From the NCBI GenBank assembly GCA_965195285.1, contig CBDAFS010000039.1:17022-81021 (forward strand): a stretch of DNA of 64,000 nucleotides, in the 5' to 3' direction. A program made the translations under genes and the position numbers. Below the pieces are notes generated by a model, which saw only the letters and a list, made by a program, of their open reading frames with translations, was not told where the DNA came from and ran no database searches. Numbering within the stretch: position 1 is the first letter of the stretch; each line of letters starts with the position of its first letter. Below are positions 61,315 through 64,000 of this stretch, piece after piece. The stretch comes from an uncultured Aminicenantes bacterium (GTDB taxonomy: Bacteria; Acidobacteriota; Aminicenantia; UBA2199).

Positions 61315-63403
61315 AGAGCTAGCTTTTAAGCCCAAGGCAAGATTATTGTTACAATTAGGTGAACAACTAATCCGTAATGAAAGCATAGCACTTATGGAAA
61401 TTATCAAAAATTCATATGATGCTGATGCCTCTAAAGTATCAATATCCATGAAAAATGTTGATGACACAAAAAAAGGTGAAATAATCATTGAAGATAATGG
61501 TATCGGAATGGATGAAAGAATTATAGAAGATGTATGGATGCAACCAGGAAGTAATTATAAATCATCATTATTTGAAAAAAGAGTTAGAACCGTAAAATAT
61601 AAAAGATTACCAATAGGAGAAAAGGGAATTGGAAGATTTGGGGTACACCGTCTGGGTCAGGAAATTGAGATAATCAGCAAGAAAGAAGGTAAAAATGAAG
61701 TTTATTTAAAAATTAATTGGAGTAAATTTGAGAAAGATGACTTTTTGTCAAATATAAAAGTAAATTTATTTGAAAGACTACCTCAATATTTTCTTAAGGG
61801 AAATACAGGTACTAAAATAATAATTAATAAACTACGAAAATCCTGGAGTCGTATTGAAGTGAGAGAATTATATAGATCAATAAACACTTTGAATTCCCCT
61901 TTTAAATCATATGACTCTTTCGAAGTTGACTTTTCAATTGATAAAAAGAAATGGTTAGAAGGACTTCTTTCATTTGATGATATAAAAAAATATGCCCTTT
62001 ATTATTCCATAGCCTCTATTGAAGGAAATGAAATCAAAGATTTCAAGTATGAATTCCGTCCCTGGGATACAATGGTAAAACTAAATGAAAGGAAAGTTGA
62101 AGATAAGCATATCAGGATGGTAAAAAAGATTTATGATGAAGAAAAAAGAAAAAATGTTTATGTTGATATTGATCTAAATAAATCTAAAATAGGAAAGATA
62201 AGTTTTGAGATTTTAATTTTCGATAGGGAAAGAAGAATATTATCTTTAGGAGTTACCGATAGAAAAGGATTTGATGAATACCTAAATGAAAATGGTGGTA
62301 TAAGGGTTTTCAGGGATGGAATTAGAATATATGATTATGGTGAAAAAAGTAATGATTGGCTTGACCTTGACATAAAAAGAGTTAATCGACCCGGGGAAAC
62401 AATTAGTAATAATCTTGTTATGGGTGCAGTCTATCTTGATCGAGAAAGTAGTACTGATTTAGTTGAAAAAACAAATAGAGAAGGTTTCATTGAAAATAAT
62501 GCGCTATCTGAATTTATATTGGCTATTGATTTTGCTTTAAACAATATTTTGACATATAGAAGTATTGATAAAAATAAAGTCAGAACAATATATAGTAATA
62601 TTGATACAAATGAACCTGTTACTGAAAATTTGCGAGAACTGAAGAACAAAATAGAAAAAAATATTGAAAAAGGGGAATTTAAAAAGGAACTATTAAAAAC
62701 AATAAAAAACATTGATAAAGATTACAAATATATAAAAGAGATTTATGTAAAAAGCGCTAGTGCTGGTTTAAGTCTTAGTATTGTCATCCACGAAGTTGAA
62801 AAAATTTTAGCAGAATTGGTAAAAATAGTAGAAGCAACAGGATCAAGAGAAAGAATAAAATTTCTAGTAAACCACCTCGATAAAATTGTTAATGATTATG
62901 CAACCATAATTAAACAAAGCAAAAAGGAAAAAAGTAATCTAAAATCTCTCATCGATCAATCTCTTTTCAATTTAACCTATAGGATTAAGGCACATAATCT
63001 GAACGTAATCAGATCTTACGAAAAATATAAAGAAAATCCAGTTGTTACATGCGCACAAAATTTGGTAATAAGCGTAATCATGAATATCATTGATAATTCA
63101 ATCTTCTGGATAAATTATGCAAATAGACAAGTAAAAAAACTATATATCACATTAACCGATGAAATACCGGAACATACTTCAATATTAATTGCAGATAATG
63201 GTCCGGGATTTCATATTTCTCCAGAAGACGCAATAAAGCCCTTTATAACGGAAAAACCAGGAGGTATGGGGCTAGGATTACATCTCGCAGATGAAGTTAT
63301 GAATGCACAGGGCGGAAAACTATTATTTCCTGAAAAATTTGATTTCAAGCTACCAGTAGACCTTCAAAATGGTGCAAAAATTTTACTAGCTTTTAAAAAT
63401 TAA
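61307..63403 (+). CDS. Dual-GHKL ATPase protein: N-terminal MutL/MORC-like Bergerat domain plus C-terminal histidine-kinase-like ATPase domain
   Basis: N-terminal EIIKNSYDADA / IEDNGIGMD / GEKGIGRFG. C-terminal NIIDNSIFW / IADNGPGF / GGMGLGLHLADEV. Possible H-box SIVIHEVEKIL before the C-terminal domain. Start overlaps the MTase stop (ATGTCTAA). Confidence 0.65.
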   Translation: MSKELAFKPKARLLLQLGEQLIRNESIALMEIIKNSYDADASKVSISMKNVDDTKKGEIIIEDNGIGMDERIIEDVWMQPGSNYKSSLFEKRVRTVKYKRLPIGEKGIGRFGVHRLGQEIEIISKKEGKNEVYLKINWSKFEKDDFLSNIKVNLFERLPQYFLKGNTGTKIIINKLRKSWSRIEVRELYRSINTLNSPFKSYDSFEVDFSIDKKKWLEGLLSFDDIKKYALYYSIASIEGNEIKDFKYEFRPWDTMVKLNERKVEDKHIRMVKKIYDEEKRKNVYVDIDLNKSKIGKISFEILIFDRERRILSLGVTDRKGFDEYLNENGGIRVFRDGIRIYDYGEKSNDWLDLDIKRVNRPGETISNNLVMGAVYLDRESSTDLVEKTNREGFIENNALSEFILAIDFALNNILTYRSIDKNKVRTIYSNIDTNEPVTENLRELKNKIEKNIEKGEFKKELLKTIKNIDKDYKYIKEIYVKSASAGLSLSIVIHEVEKILAELVKIVEATGSRERIKFLVNHLDKIVNDYATIIKQSKKEKSNLKSLIDQSLFNLTYRIKAHNLNVIRSYEKYKENPVVTCAQNLVISVIMNIIDNSIFWINYANRQVKKLYITLTDEIPEHTSILIADNGPGFHISPEDAIKPFITEKPGGMGLGLHLADEVMNAQGGKLLFPEKFDFKLPVDLQNGAKILLAFKN

Positions 63404-63421
63404 ATAGGGGGTACAATATTG

Positions 63422-64000
63422 ATGTATCATATTGATATACCTAAGAATGGATCCGTAGTAATTATAGATGATAAAATCAAAGAAGTTATACCTTTATTTA
63501 ATATACTTTCAAAAGCTGGAATTTCCTTTACTTATTATTCAGGTACTGATCTTGAAGAATTACCTGAAAAACCTATCCAAACGATAAGGGCAGTTTTTCT
63601 TGATATTCAATTAATACCTGCTTTAAATGCTCATAGCTATTCACAAATGGCTCTAAATTTGCTTGAAAAAATTATTCCAGACGATAATGGTCCTTATATT
63701 CTGTTAATCTGGAGTACAAATCAAAGGCAATATGCAGAAACACTTGAAGCACAGATTATAGGCCCTAATTATTCAAGAAGACCAGCAATAATAATACATT
63801 TAGATAAAATAGATTATTTTAAACAAGAAATACTACAAAAAAATAGTAACACACAAGAAGTGAAATTTATCCCTAAATCTGATGCATTTAAATCTATCAC
63901 AAAAAAAATAAATTCTGAATTAGAAAAGGTTAAGGTTTTCCACCTTTTCACCTTATGGTCCGATATAATAAATAATTCTGCAAATGAACATGTAAACAAT
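63422..64000 (+). CDS. Receiver (REC)-domain protein, partial (continues past window end)
   Basis: Hand translation: MYHIDIPKNGSVVIIDDKIKEVIPLF..IRAVFLDIQLIPALN. Acidic DD pocket and an LDIQLP-type phospho-acceptor motif. AGGGGG Shine-Dalgarno site 10 nt upstream. No stop before 64000. Confidence 0.5.
   Translation, partial: MYHIDIPKNGSVVIIDDKIKEVIPLFNILSKAGISFTYYSGTDLEELPEKPIQTIRAVFLDIQLIPALNAHSYSQMALNLLEKIIPDDNGPYILLIWSTNQRQYAETLEAQIIGPNYSRRPAIIIHLDKIDYFKQEILQKNSNTQEVKFIPKSDAFKSITKKINSELEKVKVFHLFTLWSDIINNSANEHVNN

Overview
This 64-kb window is a bacterial chromosomal segment, probably Gram-negative given an LPS-type heptosyltransferase, MsbA, RseP and liv ABC genes. Shine-Dalgarno GGAGG sites are present. 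By eye the backbone is roughly low-40s %GC, with two markedly AT-rich (~30% GC) islands at ~12975-21950 and ~56620-64000. From left to right: (i) A Ser/Thr kinase with a zinc-ribbon, TM segment and TPR repeats lies at the left edge. (ii) A ~17-kb glycan-biosynthesis locus transcribed on the minus strand (5 GT-A/GT-B glycosyltransferases, two GT-C-like membrane proteins, an AsnB-like amidotransferase, a frameshifted epimerase, two methyltransferases (one fused to a radical-SAM/SPASM domain), Wzt with a C-terminal carbohydrate-binding domain, and Wzm) lies on one side of a divergent GT9 heptosyltransferase. This is an ABC-transporter-dependent polysaccharide pathway with unusual terminal-modification enzymes. 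(iii) Housekeeping genes follow: ftsB-like, a PGM/PMM-family mutase, rseP-dxr-cdsA-uppS, tag, ispD, rpmE-prfA-prmC, a B12-binding radical SAM protein, an SGNH hydrolase, a DnaQ-like exonuclease, a degenerate PriA-like protein, UDG family 4, split coaC/coaB, gmk, yicC, an msbA-like exporter, pssA-psd, a SerA-like dehydrogenase, queF, an SDR epimerase and livFGMH. (iv) A low-GC 3' island interrupts the liv region with a polyprenyl synthase, a 2-TM protein and a LivK-like lipoprotein. It is followed by a translationally coupled operon of a C5-cytosine methyltransferase, a 698-aa protein with two GHKL ATPase domains (MutL/MORC-like N-terminal, histidine-kinase-like C-terminal) and a receiver-domain protein that runs off the window. 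This operon is the best candidate for an undescribed modification-linked defense or signalling system. Two long G/C homopolymer tracts (G10, G9) lie inside surface-related genes and may be phase-variable. No rRNA, tRNA, CRISPR, transposase or integrase genes were found.
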